Shown here piece by piece: positions 37,964-50,168 of a stretch of DNA of 64,000 nucleotides; positions within the stretch are counted from its first letter, which is position 1, and each line of letters starts with the position of its first letter. The stretch lies in NCBI GenBank assembly GCA_963801165.1, contig CAWDDT010000011.1:448001-512000 (forward strand), read 5' to 3'. Both the position numbers and the translations under genes were made by a program. The notes beneath the pieces were generated by a model that ran no database searches, was not told where the DNA came from, and worked only from the letters and a program-made list of their open reading frames with translations. This stretch comes from an uncultured bacterium (GTDB lineage: Bacteria; Actinomycetota; Acidimicrobiia; Spongiisociales; UBA5794).

Positions 37964-39487
37964 ATGATGAAAACGACGTCCACTCGAGCCGGCTTCGCCG
38001 GCGTTGTCTCCGCCGCACTCGCTCTGGGTCTCACGGAACTCATTGCGGGGATCACATCGCTCGTCCCCTCCGCCATCGCTTCGGTTGGCGGAGTCGTCAT
38101 CGATAGCTCCCCGCTCTTTGTCAAGGAATTCGCCGTCAGTGTCTTCGGCACCGCCGATAAGGGTGCGCTGGCTATCGGCACCGCGATAATCAGCCTCGTC
38201 ATCGGCTGGTTCATCGGCCAGATCGCCGCCCACCGCCCCTGGGTCGGCTGGGCGGCCTTCGGGGTGTTCGCCATCCTGGGCATCGCAGCAGCCAGGGGTG
38301 GTGTCGGCGCCAACTTCCCACTCACCGTAATCGCCATCGCCGCCTCATCCCTGGCAGGCGCCCTGGTGCTTCGCTACATGAACGGCAGGAGTGAGACGCC
38401 TACCGACGGTGTCGCCGAGAACTCGTCGCGCCGCCAGTTCCTCACCCAGGCCGCCGGGGTCGGTGCGGTTGCCGCCCTCGCTGGTCTCGGCGGCCGCCGG
38501 TTGATCATCGCCCGATCGGAACAGGTCAGGGAATCTGTTTCGCTGCCGGCTGCGGATCTCACTGTCCCCGCCCCGGCCCCCGACACCATGTTCGCAACGA
38601 TCGCAGACCTAACCCCGATCGTGGTTCCGAACAACGAGTTCTACCGGATCGACACCGCTCTCGTGGTACCCCGTCCCGACCCTGAGACGTGGCGGCTCAA
38701 GATCACCGGCATGGTGGACAACGAGATGGAGTATTCGCTCGATGACCTCATGGCCAAGTCGCTCTATGAGGATTACGTGACCATCTCGTGCGTTTCCAAC
38801 GAGGTTGGAGGAGACCTGATCGGAAACGCGAAATGGACCGGAGTCCGGCTCGTCGATCTGCTCGATGAAGCAGGAGTCCAGGACGGAGCAGAACAGGTGT
38901 TCAGCCGCTCCGTCGACGGCTGGACCTCCGGTTTCCCGATCGAGCTCGTCTCCGACGGTCGCGAGCCGCTGCTGGCGATCGGCATGAACGGTGAGCCGTT
39001 GCCACCCAACCACGGTTTCCCAGCGCGTCTCATCGTCCCGGGTCTGTATGGCTATGTCTCGGCAACCAAGTGGATAGAGGAGATCCAGCTGACCAAGTGG
39101 GACGGAGTCGACGGCTACTGGGTCCCCCGCGGCTGGTCGAAGGAGGGACCGATCAAGACCGAGTCACGGATCGATCATCCCCGTAACGGGAAGACAATCT
39201 CCGAGAACCCGGTGGTTCTCGCCGGAGTTGCCTGGGCACCAACCCGGGGAATCGAGCGGGTCGAGGTGCAGGTCGATGACGGTGAGTGGGTCGACTGCGA
39301 GCTGACCACCCCGCTGTCCGGCAAGGCGTGGGTGCAGTGGCGTGCCGAGGTGGCTACCACGTCGGGCGACCACAAGGCCCGGGTGCGAGCCACCGACGGA
39401 ACGGGTGAGACCCAGACCGCCGACCGAGCCCGCCCTGCCCCCAACGGCGCTACCGGCTACCACGAGATCAGCTTCAAGATCGCCTGA
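37964..39487 (+). CDS. membrane-anchored molybdopterin oxidoreductase (sulfite oxidase family)
   Basis: TM N-terminus, SRRQFL, CVSN Mo-ligand Cys, HGFPARL, ATKW. Confidence 0.9.
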   Translation: MMKTTSTRAGFAGVVSAALALGLTELIAGITSLVPSAIASVGGVVIDSSPLFVKEFAVSVFGTADKGALAIGTAIISLVIGWFIGQIAAHRPWVGWAAFGVFAILGIAAARGGVGANFPLTVIAIAASSLAGALVLRYMNGRSETPTDGVAENSSRRQFLTQAAGVGAVAALAGLGGRRLIIARSEQVRESVSLPAADLTVPAPAPDTMFATIADLTPIVVPNNEFYRIDTALVVPRPDPETWRLKITGMVDNEMEYSLDDLMAKSLYEDYVTISCVSNEVGGDLIGNAKWTGVRLVDLLDEAGVQDGAEQVFSRSVDGWTSGFPIELVSDGREPLLAIGMNGEPLPPNHGFPARLIVPGLYGYVSATKWIEEIQLTKWDGVDGYWVPRGWSKEGPIKTESRIDHPRNGKTISENPVVLAGVAWAPTRGIERVEVQVDDGEWVDCELTTPLSGKAWVQWRAEVATTSGDHKARVRATDGTGETQTADRARPAPNGATGYHEISFKIA

Positions 39488-39505
39488 CGCCGGCGAGACG
39501 AGATC

Positions 39506-42058
39506 TCAGCCGCTGCTGAGCCGGAGCGTCGCTTCGGCGTGACGCTCGACAGAGACCCGATCCCAGCGCATCGGCCAGGATTGCCCGGACGCCCAGTCCT
39601 CGATCATGTCCTGGTAGTGAGCGCTGTAGACGTGACCGGACTGGCCGGTGGTGTGGATCGCCAGCGAGTTCTCCAGGTTGCCGAGATCGACGATCATCCG
39701 CATCGACGGCAACCAGGTGACGTCGTAACCCTCGTCGGTGTAGTAGCCGACGGCGTCGACGAGGTCGGAGCTACCACCTACCGGGTAGGGACCGCGGTTG
39801 AACCTGCCCTCGATGAGCCCGTTCCCGGACTCGCCGAGCGTCTCGTTGCGGAACGTGGCCTGGTGCAGATCGCCCCACTCCCACTTGGTCGGGTCGTCGC
39901 CGAGATGGTCCCTGGCCTCGTCGACGCCGGCGATGAACGCCTGATGCAGGATCTCCGGGGCGGTCTCGACCTCGGGCGTCGTGGCGTTGTCCCAGAAGGC
40001 GAGGTTGGGGAAAGGCAGCATGTCGGCGACCGCAAGCGACCAGCGGCTACCCCCGGCCGGCCATAGATCCTCGGGTAGATCGTCCTCGAAGGTGAGCCGG
40101 AGCAGGTTGCTCCACACGGTCTCGAAGACGACTGCACCAGCTGAGTCGGCCTCGTCTCTGAGGTCCCATCCGGCGAGGACCTGCTGCGCGTCCCGGTAGA
40201 TCTCGTCCTCTCCGCTCAAGTCGACGTTGAGCAGCCACGACAGCAGCCGCGCCGCGTGCGGGTTGTAGGTATCGCGCTGCATGGAGGCGACGTCGGTGAC
40301 GTCGATCGATGGATCAGCCTCGATCATGGCGGTGATCCGTGCCGCCCGGTCGCCGTAGTTCCAGTCGGTGGTGATCAGATACGGGTACGAGTCATCGACG
40401 ACCGGGTTGTTGGCCGTGACTATGTATCCCTCTTCCGGGTTGTAGATGAAGGGCAGGTCGTCAAACGGGATGTATCCGTCCCATTCGTAGTCGCCGCTCC
40501 AGCCGGGCACGGGCAATCGGCCGTCCCAGTTATCGCGGATGGGGATCTTGCCGGGCGCCTGGTATCCGATGTTGCCGAGGCGGTCTGCGTAGACGACGTT
40601 CTGGGCGGGCACCTCGAAAAGCCGGAGCGCGTTGCGAAAGTCGTCGAAGTTATGCGCCTCGTCGAGACGCACGGCGGCGTCGATGACCGCGGGGCCGGGA
40701 TCGAGTGCCGTCCACCGCAGCGCAATGGCGTAGTTGTTGGGCAGCGGGATACCGGAGTTGTCGGTGAAGTCGTCCAAGATCCCGTAGTCGTCGGAGATGA
40801 TCGGGCCGTGTCTGGTCTTGCGTACGGTGACGGTGACCGGGTCGCCCCCTGCCACGTCGATCGTCTCGGTGGAGACGTCCATGTCCACCCACCTGCCCTG
40901 GTATTCGTATTGCAGCGGATTGTCGGGGTTGGTCTTCTCGATGTACAGGTCCATGACATCGGGACCGAGGTTGGTGAAGCCCCAGGCGATCTGGTCGTTG
41001 TGGCCGATGATGATGCCCGGCATCCCGGCAAACGAGAACCCCGCGACGTCGAGCGGGCACTCATCCGTCTTCGGGACACAATGGAGCGCCACCTGGTACC
41101 AGATCGAGGGCATCCTGATCCCGAGATGCGGGTCGTTGGCGAGGATCGCCGCCCCGGTGGCGGTGTGCTCCGGCCCGATCACCCAGCTGTTGGATCCGAT
41201 CCCGATACCGCTGTTGCCGGTGACGGCATCGACCCGCCCGATGTTGTCCAGCGTCGCCCCAATCGTCTGGAGCGCATTCACAGGTAGAGGCGCCAGGCTG
41301 GCACCGCTCACCCGATCCAGCGAGTTCCGCACGATGACCGGGTTGTCCTCGGGATAGGACGGGTACAAAAGGGCGACCTGATCAGGGGTGAAGTCGTCGA
41401 GAAGCAACGCCCTTGCGATCTCGTCGTCCATATTGCCCCGCAAGTCCCAGGCCATCACTTTGCCCCACAAGATGGAGTCGGTCGGCGTCCAGGGCTCCGG
41501 GGTGTAGTTGTGGTTGACGAGATCGAGAACGGAGTACTCGAAGCTCAGCTCGGATGGTGACCGATCCGAGATGTAGGCGTTGACCCCTTCGGTGTAGGCG
41601 TCGAGGGCCTCACGGCCGAGCGGGCTGGCCGCGTCGTATTGCTGTTCCGCCAGGTCGGCCCAACCCATGACCCTCAGAAACGAGTCGGTCTCGACCTGGT
41701 CCTTCCCGAACATCTCCGAGATGCGTCCGGCTCCGATGTGCCGCCAGGTGTCCATCTGCCAGAAGCGGTCCTGGGCATGTACATAGCCCTCGGCCAGGAA
41801 CAGATCGTGCCGCGACGAGGCATAGATGTGCGGCACGCCCCCATCGTCACGGATGATCTCTACATCGCCGTCGAGACCCGTGATGGTCACCCGCCCGGAA
41901 ATGTCCGGGAAGGGGCGTCGTGTGAGCCAGAAAACGAACACGGACCCCACCAACGCCAGCACGACGAGAACAGACAGCAGCCCCTTGAGAATGAGCCGGG
42001 TATACCGGAAGCGTCGCGCCCGCGCGGGCGCCTCGTCGAACCCGTCCTCGAAACGCAT
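39506..42058 (-). CDS. penicillin acylase family Ntn hydrolase
   Basis: GVPHI, HAQDRFWQMD, GSNSW (nucleophile Ser), ANDPHL, TGQSG; start taken as ATG 42058. Confidence 0.93.
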   Translation of the reverse strand: MRFEDGFDEAPARARRFRYTRLILKGLLSVLVVLALVGSVFVFWLTRRPFPDISGRVTITGLDGDVEIIRDDGGVPHIYASSRHDLFLAEGYVHAQDRFWQMDTWRHIGAGRISEMFGKDQVETDSFLRVMGWADLAEQQYDAASPLGREALDAYTEGVNAYISDRSPSELSFEYSVLDLVNHNYTPEPWTPTDSILWGKVMAWDLRGNMDDEIARALLLDDFTPDQVALLYPSYPEDNPVIVRNSLDRVSGASLAPLPVNALQTIGATLDNIGRVDAVTGNSGIGIGSNSWVIGPEHTATGAAILANDPHLGIRMPSIWYQVALHCVPKTDECPLDVAGFSFAGMPGIIIGHNDQIAWGFTNLGPDVMDLYIEKTNPDNPLQYEYQGRWVDMDVSTETIDVAGGDPVTVTVRKTRHGPIISDDYGILDDFTDNSGIPLPNNYAIALRWTALDPGPAVIDAAVRLDEAHNFDDFRNALRLFEVPAQNVVYADRLGNIGYQAPGKIPIRDNWDGRLPVPGWSGDYEWDGYIPFDDLPFIYNPEEGYIVTANNPVVDDSYPYLITTDWNYGDRAARITAMIEADPSIDVTDVASMQRDTYNPHAARLLSWLLNVDLSGEDEIYRDAQQVLAGWDLRDEADSAGAVVFETVWSNLLRLTFEDDLPEDLWPAGGSRWSLAVADMLPFPNLAFWDNATTPEVETAPEILHQAFIAGVDEARDHLGDDPTKWEWGDLHQATFRNETLGESGNGLIEGRFNRGPYPVGGSSDLVDAVGYYTDEGYDVTWLPSMRMIVDLGNLENSLAIHTTGQSGHVYSAHYQDMIEDWASGQSWPMRWDRVSVERHAEATLRLSSG

Positions 42059-42127
42059 ATCTGACTCACGCGGCACGACATCAGCGTACCGGATAGGCAA
42101 TGGTGGATTCCACCGTAAGATTGGAGT

Positions 42128-42637
42128 ATGACGACATATGAAGACAGCCAGGGCCAGGACCCGCAGCGACCGGAACTCCCGCTTCAGGCGCAAGTGGTGA
42201 ACGACGATGAGCCGATCGGGCCGGCAGGAGAGAGCGGCTCCTACATCACCGAGCCTTCCAAGCTGATCAGAATCGCCTCGATGACCCGGGCGATGCTCGA
42301 GGAGGTCCGGCAGGCAGCCGTCGATGAGGCGGGGCGCCGAAGGTTGGCCGAGATCTACGTAAGCTCGCTCAACCAGCTACGCGAGTCTCTGAGCGAAGAC
42401 CTCCAGGCGGAGCTGGAGTCCATATTCCAGCCGCTCCACACCGAGGACGCATCCGAGTCCGAGTTGCGGATCCTGCAAGCCCAGCTCGTCGGGTGGCTCG
42501 AAGGTCTGTTCCATGGGATCCAGGCGTCCCTGTTCAGCCAGCAGGCCGCCGCTGCCGCCCAACTCGAGGAGATGCGCCGGCGCCGCGCCCTCGAGGCCGC
42601 TGGCGACGAGGGCGGCAACCCCGGCCAGTACTTGTAG
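42128..42637 (+). CDS. bpa: bacterial proteasome activator Bpa/PafE
   Basis: PSKLIRIASM, ELRILQAQLVGWLEGLFHGIQ, C-terminal GQYL. Confidence 0.94.
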   Translation: MTTYEDSQGQDPQRPELPLQAQVVNDDEPIGPAGESGSYITEPSKLIRIASMTRAMLEEVRQAAVDEAGRRRLAEIYVSSLNQLRESLSEDLQAELESIFQPLHTEDASESELRILQAQLVGWLEGLFHGIQASLFSQQAAAAAQLEEMRRRRALEAAGDEGGNPGQYL

Positions 42638-42660
42638 CGGTCAACCACTGCGATACAGCG

Positions 42661-45285
<2,625 letters not shown>

Positions 45286-45471
45286 TGCGCTCCTCTGCTG
45301 CTCATCCGATCAGCGGTGTCCATCCGTACTATATGAAAACAACGTGAAAATGCCTTGACCGTTGGCCCCAGGCAGGGTAATCATCGGCACTCAGCTCCCA
45401 TCTGCTGGGGAATAGAGCCGTATCCCCGTTAGTTGGAGAGAATGAGTACGCCCGAGAAGGGGGTGTAAGAG

Positions 45472-45768
45472 ATGGTTACAGCAATGGAAGATCAAGAGCA
45501 GGTCTGGGAACCAGAGCACGAATGGCGTGATGAGGCTGCGTGCGCCGGTGCCGACACCGAGGTGTTCTTTCCTCCCGGCGAAGACGAAGCTGCCGCCATG
45601 GCCGCAAAGAGGATTTGCGCGCTCTGCCCCGTGCAAGAAGAATGCCTCCAGTATTCGCTCGCCACTAACCAGACCGAAGGGGTCTGGGGTGGCATGAGCT
45701 CAGGGGATAGGCGCAGGCTGCGTCGCCGTCTTCGCGATCGCGCTCGCCGCTCCCGTCGAGCGAGCTGA
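45472..45768 (+). CDS. WhiB family Fe-S transcriptional regulator
   Basis: AAC...FFP...ICALCPV..ECL...GVWGG, basic tail. Confidence 0.95.
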   Translation: MVTAMEDQEQVWEPEHEWRDEAACAGADTEVFFPPGEDEAAAMAAKRICALCPVQEECLQYSLATNQTEGVWGGMSSGDRRRLRRRLRDRARRSRRAS

Positions 45769-45783
45769 ACGTCTAGTCGAACG

Positions 45784-46884
45784 TCATTGCACCGGTTGTG
45801 GTTCCGCGCGCCCGGCTCGAACCGTCTGCGCCTGATGGGCGATCACGAGCACGATCGAGAACAGAATCATGGCGACGCCCTGGTGGGCGATGGCGAACCA
45901 CTTGGGGACACCGAGCAGTACCACCAGAACACCAAGGGTGATCTGTACGCCGACGGCAATCAGTAACCAATTGGCCGCACCGAAAGCCGGACCGCCGGTG
46001 CGCTCACGCCGGAGGCGGACATACAGGGCTACCACCAGGGCGCCGACCACAAAAGCGAACCAGCGGTGGATCCAGTGCGCGGCGAGCGGCTCGTAGAGAT
46101 TGCGCCACCACGGCGAGTACTGAGACAGCAGACCGGTGGGCACGAGGTGGCCGAACATCAAGGGCCAGGTTTTGGACACGTGCCCGGCTTTGAGACCGGC
46201 AACCAGACCACCGTAGGCGAGCTGGAGAACGAGCGTCCCCATCAGCACCCAGGTCAGCGTCCTGGTCCCGGGTCTCACTGCACGGCCGGTGTCGTACAGG
46301 TCGGGCCGTTCGGCCCGGATGCGGTCGAGCGCCATCCACAAGACGAGGGCGAGGAGCAGCACTGCGGTGAGCAGATGGATGGTCAGACGGAAATGGCTGA
46401 CCACCGGTCGGTCACGTAAGCCGCTCGACACCATGATCCATCCGATGATGCCCTGGACACCGAATAGGGCCACCACCACCCAATACCGGATCGACTCTCG
46501 CACGGTGAGCCGCCGCTTCCACATGAACCACATGAGCGGGGCCACGATGAGGAGGCCGGCGAGACGGGCGACGAGCCGGTGCGCCCACTCGTAGTAGAAG
46601 ATCCGCTTGTAGTCGCCGAGGCTCATCCCCTCGTTGACCAGCTGATACTCAGGGGTCATCTGGTACTCGGCGAACGACTGCTCCCAGGCCGTCTCTCCGA
46701 TGGGCGGTACCACGCCGGTGACCACGTCCCATTCGACTATGGACAGCCCGGCGCGAGATAGCCGGACAAACCCACCGATGACCACCATCAACACGATGAT
46801 CACACCGACCATGAGCAGCCATCGCGTTATCGGGTCGCGGAACGCGGAGTCGGTTCTGACTTTCGGGGCATGATCGACGGTCAT
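45784..46884 (-). CDS. heme A synthase (COX15/CtaA)
   Basis: GGFVRLSRAGLSI, YEWAHR, GWIMVSSGL, IHL, AGLKAG, WIHR. Confidence 0.92.
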   Translation of the reverse strand: MTVDHAPKVRTDSAFRDPITRWLLMVGVIIVLMVVIGGFVRLSRAGLSIVEWDVVTGVVPPIGETAWEQSFAEYQMTPEYQLVNEGMSLGDYKRIFYYEWAHRLVARLAGLLIVAPLMWFMWKRRLTVRESIRYWVVVALFGVQGIIGWIMVSSGLRDRPVVSHFRLTIHLLTAVLLLALVLWMALDRIRAERPDLYDTGRAVRPGTRTLTWVLMGTLVLQLAYGGLVAGLKAGHVSKTWPLMFGHLVPTGLLSQYSPWWRNLYEPLAAHWIHRWFAFVVGALVVALYVRLRRERTGGPAFGAANWLLIAVGVQITLGVLVVLLGVPKWFAIAHQGVAMILFSIVLVIAHQAQTVRAGRAEPQPVQ

Positions 46885-46949
46885 CGACGGCGGAGTGTAG
46901 AAACCACCGGTGCGGGAGTCGATTCGGCACCCACCTGCCGCCGCCGGCG

Positions 46950-47243
46950 TTATCCCCCGAACAGCCTCTTCACCGCTCCCAGGTTGGGTGCCCAGCCCAC
47001 ACCCCAGGCCTTGCCGGAAAGTACCGGGCCCTCCGGGTTCCAATAGGTCTCGCGGAAGCGCTCGAAGGTCAGCTTGCGGAAGTCGTAGGGAACGAAACCG
47101 GCGACCTTGCCGTGCCAGGTGCGCTGCTCGGGCGGCTTGCGCATCTCCTGGACGATGGCCACGACACCGACGATCGCCAGGGCCAGTCTCCAGAGGTTCC
47201 TGCCTGTTCGTCTTTTCTGCTCTTCTGCGGGTTTGTCTGCCAC
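46950..47243 (-). CDS. small membrane protein, DUF5808-like
   Basis: VPYDFR, YWNP..., AWGVGWAPNLG. Confidence 0.65.
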   Translation of the reverse strand: MADKPAEEQKRRTGRNLWRLALAIVGVVAIVQEMRKPPEQRTWHGKVAGFVPYDFRKLTFERFRETYWNPEGPVLSGKAWGVGWAPNLGAVKRLFGG

Positions 47244-47306
47244 CGCGTACAGGCTACCCGGTATCGATGGCCGAGTCATCACGAGGAACGACGCGGGCCG
47301 GCCGCG

Positions 47307-47813
47307 TCAGTTCTCGGTGATCGTGACCGAATTGATCACGCAGTCGTCGTGGGGACGGTCCTGGGGGCCGGTCGGCGTGTTGGCAATGGTGTCGACAACA
47401 TCGAGCCCGTCGGTGACCTGCCCGAAGATCGTGTATTTGTGCGGCAGCCCGTAATCGGTGTGCATGATGAAGAACTGCGACCCGTTGGTGTTGGGCCCGG
47501 CGTTCGCCATCGCCACGGTTCCCCGGTTGTAGCTGCCCGGTCGCTCCAACTCGTCACGGAAGCGATACCCGGGGCCACCCGTCCCGGTTCCTGTGGGGTC
47601 GCCGCCCTGGATCATGAAGCCCTTGATGACCCGGTGGAAAATGACACCGTCGTAGAAGCCGTCGCGGGCGAGGAAGACGAAGTTGTTGACGGTGAGCGGC
47701 GACTTCATGGCGTCGAACTCGATGTCGATGTCGCCATGATTGGTGTGCAACGTGGCCGAGTATGTCTTGTCGAGATCGATGGTCATCTCAGGTTGCGAGT
47801 CGTACTGGGCCAT
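47307..47813 (-). CDS. cyclophilin-type peptidyl-prolyl isomerase
   Basis: FHRVIKGFMIQGGDP, AMANAGPNTNGSQFFI. Confidence 0.96.
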   Translation of the reverse strand: MAQYDSQPEMTIDLDKTYSATLHTNHGDIDIEFDAMKSPLTVNNFVFLARDGFYDGVIFHRVIKGFMIQGGDPTGTGTGGPGYRFRDELERPGSYNRGTVAMANAGPNTNGSQFFIMHTDYGLPHKYTIFGQVTDGLDVVDTIANTPTGPQDRPHDDCVINSVTITEN

Positions 47814-47864
47814 GGGAGCTCCCGTCTGGTTGTGGCTTGCGGGTTTGCAGGCTAACGCCTGGGC

Positions 47865-49088
47865 TCACCTACGCCGGCGTCTCCGAGCCATCGGGTGGGT
47901 GCGCTTGCCACGGAACGGGGCAAGATCGGGGTCCGGGTCCCAGGAAGAAAGATCGGCTATCCGATCGTCGTTGGAGAACATCTTGATGATGGGTACGTTG
48001 AGACCTGCCCGCCGCTGGATACCCAGCACCTCGTTGACCTGATCCCACTCGACGAAGGTCACCACCAGACCCGACTCTCCGGCCCGGGCGGTGCGACCGG
48101 ACCTGTGCAGATAGGTTTTCGGGTCATCGGGCGGGTCGTAGTGAAGAACTATGTCGACGTCGTCGATGTGCAGGCCGCGCGCCGCCACGTTGGTCGCGAC
48201 CAGGACCGGTGTCGAACCGTCCATAAACCCGGAAAGGGCCTGGTCCCGCTGCCGCTGATGCAGGTCACCGTGAATTGCCAGGGCCCCGACACCGATGTCG
48301 CGCAAGCTGCTGGCTACCCGGTCGCACTCGGCCTTCGTCCTAACGAACATGAGGGTCCGCTCCGCCGAGGCGGCAATGGCCGCGGCCATCTTGACCTTAT
48401 CCATGTGATGTACCTTGAGAAAGCGGTGCTTCATGGTCTCGATGGCTTCGCCGTCCGGCTCGGCGTTGTGACGAACCGGCTGATCCATGTAGGCCGCCAC
48501 CAGCGTCCCTACTTGACCATCCAGCGTCGCGGAGAACAGGAACGTCTGGTGCTCGGTCGAGATGCCACTCATGATGCGTCTGACCTGGGGAAGAAAGCCC
48601 ATGTCGGCCATCTGGTCGGCCTCATCGATCGCCACCATGCAGACATCCTCCAAGAGCACTTCCTTGCGTTCGATGAGGTCGATGAGACGGCCCGGAGTGG
48701 CAATCACGATCTCAACGCCGCGCCGCAACGCCGTCGTCTGGGTCTTCATCGGAGCGCCGCCGTACACCGCAACGGTGGTGAAGCCCCTGATCTCCGCCAG
48801 CGGCTCGAGCACGGCCGCAACCTGCTGGGCCAGTTCTCTGGTCGGGACGAGCACCAGCGCGAGCGGGCGCTTCACCTGGGCGCGCTCCAGTTGCTGGACG
48901 ATGGGAAGGCCGAAAGCAAGTGTCTTCCCCGACCCAGTCTTTGCCTTGCCGCAGACATCCCGGCCCTCGAGAGCGTCCGGAATCGTCAGCTGTTGGATGG
49001 GAAAAGGGTCGGTGATCCCCTGCGCGGCCAGCGCATCTGCGAGATCGGCTTCGATGCCGATTTCTTTGAATGTCGAGGTAGAGGTCAT
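47865..49088 (-). CDS. DEAD-box RNA helicase
   Basis: GSGKT, PTREL, TPGR, DEAD, SAT, HRSGRTAR. Confidence 0.96.
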   Translation of the reverse strand: MTSTSTFKEIGIEADLADALAAQGITDPFPIQQLTIPDALEGRDVCGKAKTGSGKTLAFGLPIVQQLERAQVKRPLALVLVPTRELAQQVAAVLEPLAEIRGFTTVAVYGGAPMKTQTTALRRGVEIVIATPGRLIDLIERKEVLLEDVCMVAIDEADQMADMGFLPQVRRIMSGISTEHQTFLFSATLDGQVGTLVAAYMDQPVRHNAEPDGEAIETMKHRFLKVHHMDKVKMAAAIAASAERTLMFVRTKAECDRVASSLRDIGVGALAIHGDLHQRQRDQALSGFMDGSTPVLVATNVAARGLHIDDVDIVLHYDPPDDPKTYLHRSGRTARAGESGLVVTFVEWDQVNEVLGIQRRAGLNVPIIKMFSNDDRIADLSSWDPDPDLAPFRGKRTHPMARRRRRR

Positions 49089-49166
49089 CTTCGCTTCTAG
49101 TGGCGATGCCCGGAACCGCCGGTGGGGATACCAAACCTAGTCGCCACAGCCCAAAGCGCCATTCGA

Positions 49167-50150
49167 TCAGCCCGATCCGTTGCCGATTCCGAGGCGCGCC
49201 AGGTCCCGCGCCTCGAGCTCGGCGTTGAGTTCGGCACCCATCAGAACGATCAAACCCGAGATGAAAAACCACAGCATCAGGACAATCACACCGGTCAGGA
49301 GACCATAGGTAGCACCGAGCGAGCCGACCCGGTTGCTGTAGATCGAGAGACCCAAAGTCGCCAGCAGCCAGAAGAACGCAACGACCACGGCACCTACCGA
49401 GATCCATGGGGACTCCGAAGCGGGACGGTTTGGGGCGATCTTGAAAAGGATGCCCAAACCAACGATCACCATAACGAAGATGATCGGCCACCTGCCGTAC
49501 TGGACGAATCTGATCAGCCGGTGCGCTCCAACGGCATCGAGCAGATCGGGCAGAAACGTCGCGGCAGAGGCGGCGACAGTGACAAAGACGATCAGGGCCA
49601 GCGTGATCCCGAGCGCCATGCCACGCTGGATGAGAAACGGTCGATCCTCGGGAGTGTCGTAGGCGATGTCGATACCGGTCATCAGCGCCTTCGTCCCCGC
49701 CGAGGCGGACCACAGGGCACCGATGATGCTCAACACCGCGGTGAGCCCGAGACCCGACCCGGAGTCGGCGACGATCGTGGTCAGCTCCGGTCGGATGAAA
49801 TCAGCCGTGGATCGCGGCAGAGCCGAAGTGAGGTCGTTGATCTGTCTCGTCAGCTGGGAGGGATCGAGAACGAGCCCGTAGATCGAGATGGCTGCGAGAG
49901 CCGCGGGGAAGATCGCCAGGAAGGCGTAGTAGGACAGGCTCCCGGCGATGATCGGGATGTGGTGATCCCTCATCCGGACCTGGACTCCGCGCAGCAGCGA
50001 CATGGTCTTGTGTAGCCGATCCGCCGGCTCTTCCTCCGGCACGGGCACCGGTGCCGGATCCTCTTGCCGCTCGTCTTTTCTGCGCCAGAGCGCAGCGACC
50101 GCCGTGATCGCGGCGAGACCGCCCAGCACCCAGTTGAGATACCGCTTCAT
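49167..50150 (-). CDS. YihY/BrkB family membrane protein
   Basis: AGSLSYYAFLAIFP, LWSAS, YGLLTGVIVLMLW...GAELN. Confidence 0.9.
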   Translation of the reverse strand: MKRYLNWVLGGLAAITAVAALWRRKDERQEDPAPVPVPEEEPADRLHKTMSLLRGVQVRMRDHHIPIIAGSLSYYAFLAIFPAALAAISIYGLVLDPSQLTRQINDLTSALPRSTADFIRPELTTIVADSGSGLGLTAVLSIIGALWSASAGTKALMTGIDIAYDTPEDRPFLIQRGMALGITLALIVFVTVAASAATFLPDLLDAVGAHRLIRFVQYGRWPIIFVMVIVGLGILFKIAPNRPASESPWISVGAVVVAFFWLLATLGLSIYSNRVGSLGATYGLLTGVIVLMLWFFISGLIVLMGAELNAELEARDLARLGIGNGSG

Positions 50151-50168
50151 CGCTACTGACGCTAACCC

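Noticed and set aside
45355-45384. Housekeeping sigma promoter upstream of whiB
   Set aside because: TTGACC is a good -35, but there is no TANNNT -10 at 16-18 nt spacing.
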